From: a virus
Length of the DNA: 64,000 bases
Direction: 5' to 3' (one strand)
Virus record (IMG/VR): IMGVR_UViG_3300033064_001806
Location: 1 to 64,000 of that record
The notes beneath the pieces were generated by a model. The model saw only the letters and a program-made list of their open reading frames with translations, was not told the DNA's origin and ran no database searches. The position numbers were made by a program, and so were the translations under genes. Shown in pieces: positions 9,534 through 19,241 of the stretch (the stretch's first letter is position 1; each line of letters starts with the position of its first letter).

Positions 9534-9923
9534 ATGAAATATATATTAGTTTTTTTATTTGCAACTGCGGTTATGTTTTCTAAGGAAAAAGAAACTATTA
9601 AAAAAATAGATTCTGTTGTTTGCTTCAACAAAATAGAAATTACAATTCTTGCTAATAAAATACAGACATTAAAGGATTCAATTGATTATTTGAAATTAAT
9701 AGTAAGTGAACAAGACACTTTAATTGATTTTCACAAAACAAAAATTAATTGGTATAATTTAATGCTATCGAATCGCCAAAAAGCATTTGATGCTTGTAGA
9801 ATTCAATCCGATACACTACAAAGAACTGTGGATGAATTACAACCACGTTGGTATGATAATAAATTATTGTGGTTTATGAGTGGAGCAGCAACGGTGATTT
9901 CAATAATATTGGTTACTAAATGA
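9534..9923 (+). CDS. Exported coiled-coil protein with C-terminal TM (spanin-like partner)
   Basis: Signal peptide MKYILVFLFATAVMFS, coiled coil, C-terminal hydrophobic helix. Confidence 0.35.
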   Translation: MKYILVFLFATAVMFSKEKETIKKIDSVVCFNKIEITILANKIQTLKDSIDYLKLIVSEQDTLIDFHKTKINWYNLMLSNRQKAFDACRIQSDTLQRTVDELQPRWYDNKLLWFMSGAATVISIILVTK

Positions 9924-11512
9924 GTGGTATTCCAAAGAATCTTAAAGAAATTGTAAAAGACGAGTATGCAAAATGTGCTAAAAATCCTGCGTACTTTATG
10001 AAACGATACGCAAAGATTCAGCATCCAACTCGTGGCAAAATGTTATTTGAATTATACCCATTCCAAGAAGATGTATTACATGAATTTAATGAACACCGTT
10101 ACAACATTGTACTCAAGTCAAGGCAGTTGGGTATTTCTACGTTAATCGCTGGATATTCGCTTTGGATGATGTTATTTAATAATGACAAAAATATTCTTGT
10201 TATTGCTACAAAACAAGATACTGCAAAAAACTTGGTAACTAAAGTTAGAGTTATGTATGATAATTTACCAAGTTGGTTAAAAACAGGAGTTCAAGAAGAT
10301 AATAAATTATCACTCCGTTTTAATAATGGTTCACAAATTAAAGCAGTATCGGCTGCATCGGACTCTGGACGTTCTGAAGCGTTGTCACTTTTGGTGATAG
10401 ATGAGGCAGCGTTTATTGAAGAGATTGAACCAATATGGGCTTCCGCACAACAAACTCTTTCAACAGGTGGCTCTGCGATTATAAATTCCACTCCAAATGG
10501 TGTTGGTAATTTTTATCACAAAAAATGGGTAGACGCTAAATTAGGTCAGGGTGGATTTAATCCAATAGAATTATTGTGGCAACTCCATCCCGAACGTGAT
10601 CAAGAATGGCGAGATGAACAAGATATACTACTTGGTCCAAACATGGCTAAGCAAGAATGTGATGGGAACTTCTTAGCTTCTGGACGTGCAGTTGTTGATG
10701 GGGAATTGGTACAATGGTATGAGCAAACACACGCAATGGATCCACTTGAAAAACGTGGTGGTGAAGAAGCATTATGGATTTGGAAATATCCAGACCCAAC
10801 AAGAGATTATATTGTAGTTGCTGACGTTGCACGTGGTGACGGAAACGATTACTCCGCATTCCATGTAATTGATGTTGAAAGTTTAGAACAAGTTGCTGAG
10901 TATAAAGGTAAGTTGGATACAAAATCTTATGGTAATACATTAGTTTCAATAGCAACTGAATATAATGACGCATTACTTGTTGTTGAAAATGCGAATGTTG
11001 GTTGGGCAGCAATTCAACAAATAATTGACAGAAATTATGGAAATCTATATTATACGTACCGTGAAGATGGTTACGTAGACCCATCGGTACAATTACCAAA
11101 AGGTTATGACTTAAAATTAAAGCAAAATATGGTTCCTGGATTTACAACGTCATCGAAAACTCGCCCACTCTTAATTTCTAAATTGGAAACATACTTCAGA
11201 GAAAGGGGTCCAATAGTTCATTCAAGACGGTTAATTGAAGAATTATATGTATTCATTTGGAATGGACCAAAAGCAGAAGCACAGCGTGGTTATAATGACG
11301 ATTTAGTAATGTCTTTTGCAATTGGTCTTTGGGTAAGGGACACTGCTATGAAATTAAGAAAAGAAGGTATAGAACAAACTCGTTTAAGTTTGAATTATAT
11401 TAATAAATCAGCAACTCCACATAAAACATCATATTCTTTCAATGACAACAATAATGGTTGGAGTATGAAAGTAAATAATACAGACGAAGATTTAACTTGG
11501 TTAATTAAATAG
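9920..11512 (+). CDS. terL: Terminase large subunit (T4 gp17-like)
   Basis: LYPFQ adenine motif, KSRQLGIST Walker A, LVIDEAAF Walker B, STPNG, nuclease ADVARG..D.S and DDLVM. Confidence 0.97.
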   Translation: MSGIPKNLKEIVKDEYAKCAKNPAYFMKRYAKIQHPTRGKMLFELYPFQEDVLHEFNEHRYNIVLKSRQLGISTLIAGYSLWMMLFNNDKNILVIATKQDTAKNLVTKVRVMYDNLPSWLKTGVQEDNKLSLRFNNGSQIKAVSAASDSGRSEALSLLVIDEAAFIEEIEPIWASAQQTLSTGGSAIINSTPNGVGNFYHKKWVDAKLGQGGFNPIELLWQLHPERDQEWRDEQDILLGPNMAKQECDGNFLASGRAVVDGELVQWYEQTHAMDPLEKRGGEEALWIWKYPDPTRDYIVVADVARGDGNDYSAFHVIDVESLEQVAEYKGKLDTKSYGNTLVSIATEYNDALLVVENANVGWAAIQQIIDRNYGNLYYTYREDGYVDPSVQLPKGYDLKLKQNMVPGFTTSSKTRPLLISKLETYFRERGPIVHSRRLIEELYVFIWNGPKAEAQRGYNDDLVMSFAIGLWVRDTAMKLRKEGIEQTRLSLNYINKSATPHKTSYSFNDNNNGWSMKVNNTDEDLTWLIK

Positions 11513-11569
11513 CGTTTAAGCATTTTTAATCTATATTTATATAAATAATACTATTATAATAGGTGATAC

Positions 11570-13435
11570 ATGGCTGAAAAGAAATCATTGTTTGACAGAC
11601 TTAAAACTCTGTTTTCTACCAATGTTGTTGTAAGAAATGTTGGTGGTAAAAAATTAAAAGTAGTGGATACTGCCCGTTATCAAGCGGATGGTAATCCTCA
11701 TACTTCAAAAGTTATTGACAGATACGGTCGCCTACACGGTACTCGTGGTACACCTATTTCTGTTTATAATCAGTACAATTCATTTTCAGCAACAAAGATA
11801 GACTTATACACCGATTATGAAGCGATGGATACCGATGCAATTATTTCTTCTGCATTGGATATTTACTCAGATGAAAGTACATTGAAAAATGATCAAGGTG
11901 ATGTTTTAACTATTAGAACCGATAATGATAATATTCGTAAAATTCTTAAAAATCTTTTTTATGATGTATTAAACATAGAATATAACCTTTGGCCTTGGAT
12001 TCGTAATCTTTGTAAGTACGGAGATTTTTATTTGTATTTGGACGTAAAAGATGAATTGGGTGTAACTAACGTTGTTCCTTTTTCTCCATACGAAATGCAA
12101 CGTGAAGAAGGAACTGATCCAGAACATATTTATATGACTAAGTTTATATATGAAGGTCCACTTGGAAAGGGTGAATTTCAAAATTATGAAATAGCTCATT
12201 TCCGTTTACTCGGTGATACAAATTATCTTCCCTATGGTAAAAGCATGTTAGAAGGTGCTCGTAAACTCTACAAACAATTAATTTTGATGGAAGACGCTAT
12301 GTTAATCCACCGAATTATGAGAGCTCCTGAAAAAAGAGTATTCAAAGTTGATATTGGGAATATTCCGCCAGCCGAAGTTGACCAATATATGCAAAATATT
12401 ATGAATCGTATGAAGAAAACTCCAGTTATAAATGAACAGACCGGTGACTATAATCTTAAATTCAATATGCAAAATCTTTTGGAAGATTTCTATCTTCCAG
12501 TTCGTGGTGGTCAATCTGGTACTCAAATTGAAACTCTTGCTGGTTTACAGTATCAGGCAATAGAAGATGTTGAATACTTAAAGAGTAAACTATTCGCCGC
12601 TCTAAAAGTACCAAAGCCGTTTTTAGGATATGATGAAAGATCAGACGGTAAAGCAACACTTGCTGCATTAGATATTCGTTTTGCAAGAACAATTGAAAGA
12701 ATACAACGAATAGTTGTTTCAGAACTAACTAAAATTGCGATAGTTCATTTGTATGCACAAGGTTATGAAAATGCAGATTTGGTAAATTTTGAACTTGGTC
12801 TTACTGGTCCATCGATAATTTACGAACAAGAAAAAGTAGCTTTAATGAAAGAGAGAGTTGATTTAGCTGGTTCTTTAATAGAAAAGAAATTATTTTCAAT
12901 GAAATATATTTATTCAAACATATTCAACCTTTCAGAAGATGAAGCTGAATTTGAAAAGAATGAAGTTCTTGAAGATATTAAACACGCTTTCCGTCAGAAA
13001 CAAATTGAAAGTGAAGGAAACGACCCAGCGGTAACTAAAGAATCGTTTGGTACACCACACGATATTGCAACACTTACAGTCAGAGGCGGTGGTAGAGTGA
13101 TAAACGATGTAGAAACTCCAGAAGGTGGATGGCCAGGTGCTGGTAGACCTGCTAAAAATCTAAATTATGCAACGGATAATCATCCAATGGGAAGAGATCC
13201 AATCGGAAGTAAAGACTTAGGTAGAACATTATCAAGAACAAAAACTATGAGACCAGAGGGTAAATCTGGTTCTTCACTTTCTTTAGAAAATAAAGAACTT
13301 GGAAATTTACTTAATAGTATGGCTGGAATTAAAATTAAAACTAAAAAAATAATAGCAGAGAGTCTTAAACCCGCTGTTAAAATAGAAAATGAACCAAATA
13401 TGCTTGATGAGAATAATTTATTAGATGAATTATGA
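11570..13435 (+). CDS. Portal protein (T4 gp20-like)
   Basis: LMEDAMLIHRIMRAPEKRVFKVDIGN, EDFYLP.RGG..GT.I.TL.G, LF.ALKVPK. Confidence 0.95.
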   Translation: MAEKKSLFDRLKTLFSTNVVVRNVGGKKLKVVDTARYQADGNPHTSKVIDRYGRLHGTRGTPISVYNQYNSFSATKIDLYTDYEAMDTDAIISSALDIYSDESTLKNDQGDVLTIRTDNDNIRKILKNLFYDVLNIEYNLWPWIRNLCKYGDFYLYLDVKDELGVTNVVPFSPYEMQREEGTDPEHIYMTKFIYEGPLGKGEFQNYEIAHFRLLGDTNYLPYGKSMLEGARKLYKQLILMEDAMLIHRIMRAPEKRVFKVDIGNIPPAEVDQYMQNIMNRMKKTPVINEQTGDYNLKFNMQNLLEDFYLPVRGGQSGTQIETLAGLQYQAIEDVEYLKSKLFAALKVPKPFLGYDERSDGKATLAALDIRFARTIERIQRIVVSELTKIAIVHLYAQGYENADLVNFELGLTGPSIIYEQEKVALMKERVDLAGSLIEKKLFSMKYIYSNIFNLSEDEAEFEKNEVLEDIKHAFRQKQIESEGNDPAVTKESFGTPHDIATLTVRGGGRVINDVETPEGGWPGAGRPAKNLNYATDNHPMGRDPIGSKDLGRTLSRTKTMRPEGKSGSSLSLENKELGNLLNSMAGIKIKTKKIIAESLKPAVKIENEPNMLDENNLLDEL

Positions 13436-13486
13436 TTTTTGTTATATTTATTTAATGATAATGTACATTAACAGGTATAAGGAAAA

Positions 13487-14329
13487 ATGAAAAAAATTAA
13501 ACACTCAAAGTTTAAAAATACTGCTATGTTATTTGAATTGCTAACGCGTCAAATAACATCTGATATTATTTCCTCGAATGAGTCCGTAGCAATACAGATT
13601 CTAAAAAAGTATTTTAACAAAAATACCGAACTTATAAAAGAATATAAGTTGTACAAGACTTTATGCGATGAGCGTCTTAAATCCGATACAAAAGCAGTTA
13701 TGCTTATTGAAGCGGTATTAAAAGCAAGACGTGGGTTAAATAGAAAAAAACTAAATGAAGAAAAATATCAACTTATTAAAACTATAAAAGAAAACTTTGA
13801 TATAGATTCATTTTTCCAAACAAAAGTTCAAAACTATAAACTACTTGCTTCTGTTTATAAAATATTTGAAAATAATGAAATAGATAATCCAGTTGAGTTT
13901 ACTAAATCACGTATAACAATTTTAGAAACAATTACTTCTAATAGTAAGAAAACAATTGTTAATGAAGAATTTTCTATTAAAAACGAACCAAAAGAAATTA
14001 GATTATTAGCGTATGCATATTTAGTTGAGAAGTTTAATAGAAAATACGGTGATTTAAGTGAATCACAAAAAACTCTTTTAAGAGAATACATTGGAAATAT
14101 TAGTAACACTAACAATTTAAAATCTCTTATACAATCAGAAGCGGTAAGTGTAAAAAATACTTTTAAGAAAAATATACATAGAGTTAGTGATAAATCTTTA
14201 AAAATAAAATTAATAGAAGTCATTAATCTTTTAGATGATTATTCAACAATTAAGAAAGTAGAAGAAAACCATATATCTGCACTTCTTCGTTATTACAGTT
14301 TAATAGACGATTTATCATGGAGTAAATAA
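13487..14329 (+). CDS. Head-morphogenesis region protein (possible prohead core protein)
   Basis: Helical Lys-rich ORF directly after the portal. Confidence 0.55.
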   Translation: MKKIKHSKFKNTAMLFELLTRQITSDIISSNESVAIQILKKYFNKNTELIKEYKLYKTLCDERLKSDTKAVMLIEAVLKARRGLNRKKLNEEKYQLIKTIKENFDIDSFFQTKVQNYKLLASVYKIFENNEIDNPVEFTKSRITILETITSNSKKTIVNEEFSIKNEPKEIRLLAYAYLVEKFNRKYGDLSESQKTLLREYIGNISNTNNLKSLIQSEAVSVKNTFKKNIHRVSDKSLKIKLIEVINLLDDYSTIKKVEENHISALLRYYSLIDDLSWSK

Positions 14330-14649
14330 TGCCAGGCATAAACGAAATACATCCTTACAATTTTCCTGTTTCACAAGCGTCTGATTTTGAAAGATTTGGT
14401 AATCCAGGAAAATGGTTTAAATCAATTACTTGTACAACTGGTATAACTGCATTTACTAGCTCTAATTTTGGTGTTGGTGGGGTTATTGTAGCAGCGAGTT
14501 CTACGGGAACTGCATCGTTATCTGGTGGTGGAACGGTCGCACTTGCTACACTAGCAACAACACAAACTGTTCATGAACTATCATTGAGTAGTGTTAAGGT
14601 AGATAGTGGTACTGTATACGCATTAGTTCGTAATCAAGTGATTAGGTAA
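14329..14649 (+). CDS. Hypothetical beta-rich protein (possible head decoration)
   Basis: Small Ser/Thr/Gly-rich ORF coupled to the upstream gene (TAATG). Confidence 0.5.
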   Translation: MPGINEIHPYNFPVSQASDFERFGNPGKWFKSITCTTGITAFTSSNFGVGGVIVAASSTGTASLSGGGTVALATLATTQTVHELSLSSVKVDSGTVYALVRNQVIR

Positions 14650-14653
14650 CAGT

Positions 14654-15337
14654 ATGGATGTAAACGCTTTCATACATAAAATAAAAGAATCCGAAGAATT
14701 CAAACAGTTTCAAGAAGAACTTGATGAAATGAGTGTAACTAGTATGGTCGCTGGATATGAAACTCCAAAGGCATTTGCTGCTAATGAAGATGATTTTGAA
14801 GAACATAATAAAGAAACTGCGGAAGTTTACGGATATAAACTTGTTCCAAAGACTAAAAAAAGAAATTATGAATCTGTATATAAACAAACTATGCGTTTAT
14901 TAAATGAAGCATCTGTTTCGGTATTTGCATCCGATGGTGATGAATTCAAAGATGGATTTGTAAAAGATGAAGACACTTGGAGAAAATACGTATCAACAAA
15001 AGCAGAAGCTTCTGGATATAAAATAGTTAATGAAAAGAATGTTTTTGGTAAAACTCCAGAAAAATTAAAATCTGTAAAAGAATATTTAAGTGAAGCATCA
15101 TATAAAGAATTCCGTAAAGATGAAACAAGAACTACAAATAGAAAAATAAATGATTCTATTAAACGCATAAATAGAATTATGTATGAAGTTGAGAAAGTAG
15201 TAGAACATGCTTCACGATTAAAGACTGAAATGGCAGTTGATCAAAGAACACTTTGGGGGGAATCACGTAATCGTCTTGTAAAAATATCAGAACGAATTAA
15301 TAGAATTAGTAAAAAAATACACGAATTAGGTGCTTAA
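14654..15337 (+). CDS. Probable prohead core/internal protein
   Basis: IKES, LDEM, LNEA and LSEA protease-type sites; C-terminal coiled coil. Confidence 0.55.
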   Translation: MDVNAFIHKIKESEEFKQFQEELDEMSVTSMVAGYETPKAFAANEDDFEEHNKETAEVYGYKLVPKTKKRNYESVYKQTMRLLNEASVSVFASDGDEFKDGFVKDEDTWRKYVSTKAEASGYKIVNEKNVFGKTPEKLKSVKEYLSEASYKEFRKDETRTTNRKINDSIKRINRIMYEVEKVVEHASRLKTEMAVDQRTLWGESRNRLVKISERINRISKKIHELGA

Positions 15338-15338
15338 A

Positions 15339-16001
15339 ATGAAACAATTACTCGTAGATACTATACTATTTAGTGCAAGTCCAAGAATGATTGCAGAATC
15401 TGAAAAGAAAAACGATGGTAAAGTTATAGTTTCGGGTGTTTTACAAAGAGCAGAAGTAAAAAATCAAAATGGTAGAGTTTACCCAAAAAAGATTTTAATG
15501 CGTGAAGTGAAAAAATATGCTGAAACAAATATTAAAGAAAATAGAGCGTTGGGTGAGTTGGATCATCCAGATTCTTCTGTTATTAATTTAAGAAATGTTT
15601 CTCATAATGTATTGAGTGTAGATTGGAAAGGCAATGATGTAATTGGTACAGTAGAGATACTTCCAACCCCATCTGGCAATATTCTAAAACAACTGCTTGG
15701 TGCAGGAATTCGCCTTGGTATTTCTTCTCGTGGTTTAGGTTCGGTTGAAGAAATAAGTGAAAATACAGTTGAAGTACAAGAGGACTTTGAATTAATAGGT
15801 TGGGACTTTGTATCGAATCCATCCACACAAGGTGCATTCATGTATGACGATGGTCATCAGAATGAAGGTTTAATTAGAGAGGGTGTTAGTTTAGAAACTA
15901 TTTCTAAGATTGATCCTAAAATTCAACGTATTCATAATAACATTACAAATATTATTTGTGAAATTGGAAATATTTGTGAATGTATATTTGGAGATAAATG
16001 A
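15339..16001 (+). CDS. Prohead protease (T4 gp21-like)
   Basis: NQNGRVYP, ALGELDHP, VSH, GISSRGLGS, DFVSNPS. Confidence 0.96.
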   Translation: MKQLLVDTILFSASPRMIAESEKKNDGKVIVSGVLQRAEVKNQNGRVYPKKILMREVKKYAETNIKENRALGELDHPDSSVINLRNVSHNVLSVDWKGNDVIGTVEILPTPSGNILKQLLGAGIRLGISSRGLGSVEEISENTVEVQEDFELIGWDFVSNPSTQGAFMYDDGHQNEGLIREGVSLETISKIDPKIQRIHNNITNIICEIGNICECIFGDK

Positions 16002-16603
16002 TGCCTGCACTTTCACAAAAACAACAAAAATTAATGGGACTTGCTTTAGCAGTTAAACGTGGTCAAATTCCTGCTTCAAAAGTTAATAAATCTATTGAAC
16101 AACTTGCAAAATCAATGACTGAGAAAGATATTGAAAAGTTTGCAGCAACAAAACACAAAGGACTTCCAAAAAAAGTTGGTGAAAGTAAAACAACATTAAC
16201 AAAAGAAGAATTAAATCAATTAGTTGCCGATGCTGTTCAAGAAGTAATGAAAGAGAGATTTAGTACAAAAGTTCTTACATCAGAACAAAAAAGAATGTAT
16301 ATAGAATCAATCGGTAGATACAATGAATATCGTGCAGTAGTTCATCGTTCAAAACAACTACCCGCAGTTGTATCTGAAATTAAAAGAATGGTTGAGTTTG
16401 CAAGTAAAAACATGGTTGAAGAATCTGGTGATTGGTTTGAAGGTGTTTCTCATAGAAGAAGTTCAAAGCAGTTAAAAGAATCTGTGAAAGTTTTTGAACA
16501 AACAACACAAAAGATTGTAAAACTACAAAGAACTTTGGAATCAATTTACGAGAATATAGGTAAAAATCTCAGTAAATTCTATGAGATAAAAGAGATTAAT
16601 TAA
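15998..16603 (+). CDS. Head-associated protein with DUF3008-like N-terminus
   Basis: MPA.SQKQQ..MG.AL..KRG...SM...D...FA.TKHKGLP motif. Confidence 0.6.
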   Translation: MMPALSQKQQKLMGLALAVKRGQIPASKVNKSIEQLAKSMTEKDIEKFAATKHKGLPKKVGESKTTLTKEELNQLVADAVQEVMKERFSTKVLTSEQKRMYIESIGRYNEYRAVVHRSKQLPAVVSEIKRMVEFASKNMVEESGDWFEGVSHRRSSKQLKESVKVFEQTTQKIVKLQRTLESIYENIGKNLSKFYEIKEIN

Positions 16604-16621
16604 CAATAAGGAAAGAAAGTT

Positions 16622-16849
16622 ATGAATGATAGAGTATATACAAACTCTAATTCGGCTCATGTAAAAGTAAAAAATACAGGTATGCCGGTTGATGTTATGA
16701 TTAAAATATTCAAACGTAAAGTAAAAGAAGCAGGTATTCTTGAAGAATATAAAAATCGTATGGAATATATTAAACCATCAAAGAAAAAAGCTGAAAAAAG
16801 AAACGCTGCTATTAGAAGACAGCGAAAATTAGACGTAGAAAATATCTAA
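16622..16849 (+). CDS. rpsU: Phage-encoded 30S ribosomal protein bS21
   Basis: VKV....D..IK.FKRKVKEAGILEEYK.R..Y.KPS..K..K...A.RR; lies between protease and scaffold, as in known bS21 phages. Confidence 0.9.
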   Translation: MNDRVYTNSNSAHVKVKNTGMPVDVMIKIFKRKVKEAGILEEYKNRMEYIKPSKKKAEKRNAAIRRQRKLDVENI

Positions 16850-16868
16850 CATAGCAGGAGTATTTTTA

Positions 16869-17930
16869 ATGACCTCGCATTATATCGAAGAAATTATTCG
16901 TGAAGAAATACGGAAAATCATTGAAGATATGGAAAGAAATTCTTTTTTATCCGAGGAAGACGAGGAAGCGCCCGCAGCAGAGGAAACTCCAAAGGAAGAA
17001 CCAAAAGAGGAAACTCCAAAGGAAGAACCAAAAGAGGAAGAGAAAAAATCAGCGGATGATACTGCTTCGAGTGAAGAAGGTGGTGATGAAAAAAAAGAAG
17101 AAGAACCACCAGCAGAAGAAGAATCACCAACAGGTTTAAAATCAGTTGAATTGACAAATCCAGTTGAAGTTCAAAACTTAAAAAAGAAATCAACGAGTAT
17201 TGGTCCAGAAACTCAAGGTAAACTTCTATCATTTGAGTACGAAGAAATTTTAGATGTTTACGATCAGGCTGTTCAAAAAGCAGAAGATGAAGACTCAAAA
17301 AAGAAAATTGGTTTAATAACTAAAAAAATCCAAAACATTTCAATTCTAAAACATAGTATAATTAGTAAAAAACCATTGGACAGGGAAACAACAATGGCTT
17401 TAGATTATTACTACAAACACACTTCTGATATAAATGAATTAGTTCGCTCTGATATTCAATTAGCAACTAAAAAGCAAATTGAAAAGCAATTAAGACTTGG
17501 CAAACCAAAAGAAAAAGAAAGTAAAAGAACTCCAGTATTTACTGATGCCATACAAACGTTCACCGTTAGCAGTTTAGACTTTGCATTCAGAGAAGAAATG
17601 CAACGTTTAGATTTTAATTTAGTTGTATATCGTTCAATAGAAACACCAAATGTTTTACAGCATTTTTTGGATGCGGGTACATGGATTGATAAGGGCTATG
17701 TAACTACTTCCCTAAATCCACTTATAGTTGAAAGTTTGAATAAGAAACGATTACCACTTTTTGAAATGTTAATTCCAGCAGGTTCATCGGTACTCACATT
17801 ACCATGTAAAGTAAATGATTACTGCCATGAAACAGAAGTAACCTTACCGAGAAATTGTAAATTTACAATCCACGGATATAATGAAACACGAAACATATAC
17901 AAAGTATTAGTGGAGCAAAACAATGCCTGA
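16869..17930 (+). CDS. ADP-ribosyltransferase (R-S-E class, VIP2/Alt-like) with acidic leader
   Basis: LVVYR, KGYVTTS and HETEVTLPRN motifs near the C-terminus. Confidence 0.8.
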   Translation: MTSHYIEEIIREEIRKIIEDMERNSFLSEEDEEAPAAEETPKEEPKEETPKEEPKEEEKKSADDTASSEEGGDEKKEEEPPAEEESPTGLKSVELTNPVEVQNLKKKSTSIGPETQGKLLSFEYEEILDVYDQAVQKAEDEDSKKKIGLITKKIQNISILKHSIISKKPLDRETTMALDYYYKHTSDINELVRSDIQLATKKQIEKQLRLGKPKEKESKRTPVFTDAIQTFTVSSLDFAFREEMQRLDFNLVVYRSIETPNVLQHFLDAGTWIDKGYVTTSLNPLIVESLNKKRLPLFEMLIPAGSSVLTLPCKVNDYCHETEVTLPRNCKFTIHGYNETRNIYKVLVEQNNA

Positions 17931-18051
17931 TGATAAAAAAGAAAAGAAAATTGATACAAAAGATAGAGATAGGAGATTTCTTTATACTGAAATCGATTTA
18001 AGTTCTATTTTTGGTATTCCTGCCGAAGAAAAAAAATCACAAAAACAATAA
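17923..18051 (+). CDS. 42-aa small protein (not in ORF track)
   Basis: MPDDKKEKKIDTKDRDRRFLYTEIDLSSIFGIPAEEKKSQKQ; GGAG upstream; overlaps the ART gene stop. Confidence 0.5.
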   Translation: MPDDKKEKKIDTKDRDRRFLYTEIDLSSIFGIPAEEKKSQKQ

Positions 18052-18188
18052 AAAATTAACAATACACCATACTTATTTATGACATAATACCCTATGAAGA
18101 ACCAATATTATCTTCAACTTATAGGGGCATATACTATTTTTATATTAATTAGACGTTAACAATAACGCTAGAATAGTTGGAGATTATA

Positions 18189-19220
18189 ATGAATGATTTA
18201 CTGAAAGAAGCAATTGCAGATGCTAAAGCAGTTAAAGAAGTAGCACTCGCAAACGCAAAACTCGCTTTGGAAGAAGCGTTCACACCTCGTTTACAGTCTA
18301 TGCTTTCTAAGAAACTTTCTGAAGAAGCAGAAGCCGAAGAAACAGAAGAACCTGTTGAAGAATACGGTTTCTACAATGAAGCAGAAGAAGAAGAGAAAGA
18401 ACCAGCAATGGAAGAGGGCGATGAAGAAACTGAAGAACCAGCAATGGAAGAAGCAGAAGATGAAGAAGAACCAGCAATGGAAGAAGGTGAAGATGAAGAA
18501 GAACCAATGGACGAAGATTTGATGGAAATAATCCGTCAACTTGAAGAAGATTTAGTATCGTCTGACATTGGTGGTGGTGACAATAAAAAACCAGCTCCAA
18601 AAGCATCATCTACATCTACTCAAATGAAAGGAGAAAAATTGGTTCAATTAGTTGAAGAAGAAGGTGAAGAAGATGACGAAGAAGTAGCAGAAATCCAAGA
18701 GATTTTACGTGCTCTTCGTGAAGAAGAAGAAACAGAAGAACCAATGGAAGAAGCAGAAGAAGAAGAAGTTGACATCAAAGAAGTTTTACGTGCTCTTCGT
18801 GAAGAAGATGAAGAAGAAGCTCCTGTTGAGGAAGGCGAAGAAGAATCAGAAGAAGAACCAGTTGCAGAATCAAGACTTCGTGAAGCATATGCTGTTATTA
18901 AGTTCTTACGTTCAAAAATCAACGAAGTTAATCTTTTGAATTCAAAGTTATTGTTCTCTAACAAATTGTTTAGAAGTAACTCTTTAACCGAAGCTCAAAA
19001 AATGACTGTTATTGAAAACTTTGATCGTGCAACAACTCTCCGTGAAGTCAAACTTGTGTATACAACTTTGGGTGAAGCATTGAAAGGTGCAACTAAAACT
19101 CGTCGAATTAAAGAATCGTTTGCATCTAAACCAACTGCAAGCACACGTCCTTCAAGTAATATTTTGAATGAAGGCGATGTTATGGCAAGCCGTTTACGCA
19201 AATTAGCAGGTTTAAAATAA
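18189..19220 (+). CDS. Prohead scaffolding protein (T4 gp22-like)
   Basis: LLKEAIADAKAVK..A.ANAK.ALEEAF; very acidic middle; C-terminal RL.KLAGL; directly before the MCP. Confidence 0.85.
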   Translation: MNDLLKEAIADAKAVKEVALANAKLALEEAFTPRLQSMLSKKLSEEAEAEETEEPVEEYGFYNEAEEEEKEPAMEEGDEETEEPAMEEAEDEEEPAMEEGEDEEEPMDEDLMEIIRQLEEDLVSSDIGGGDNKKPAPKASSTSTQMKGEKLVQLVEEEGEEDDEEVAEIQEILRALREEEETEEPMEEAEEEEVDIKEVLRALREEDEEEAPVEEGEEESEEEPVAESRLREAYAVIKFLRSKINEVNLLNSKLLFSNKLFRSNSLTEAQKMTVIENFDRATTLREVKLVYTTLGEALKGATKTRRIKESFASKPTASTRPSSNILNEGDVMASRLRKLAGLK

Positions 19221-19241
19221 TTTTATTATAGGAAGAAAAAA

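Noticed and set aside
11540-11547. T4-type late promoter TATAAATA (also at 63685)
   Set aside because: Only isolated copies; the recurrent intergenic motif is ATAnTTAT
18310-18870. GAA-rich low-complexity repeats
   Set aside because: Explained by the acidic linker of the scaffold protein
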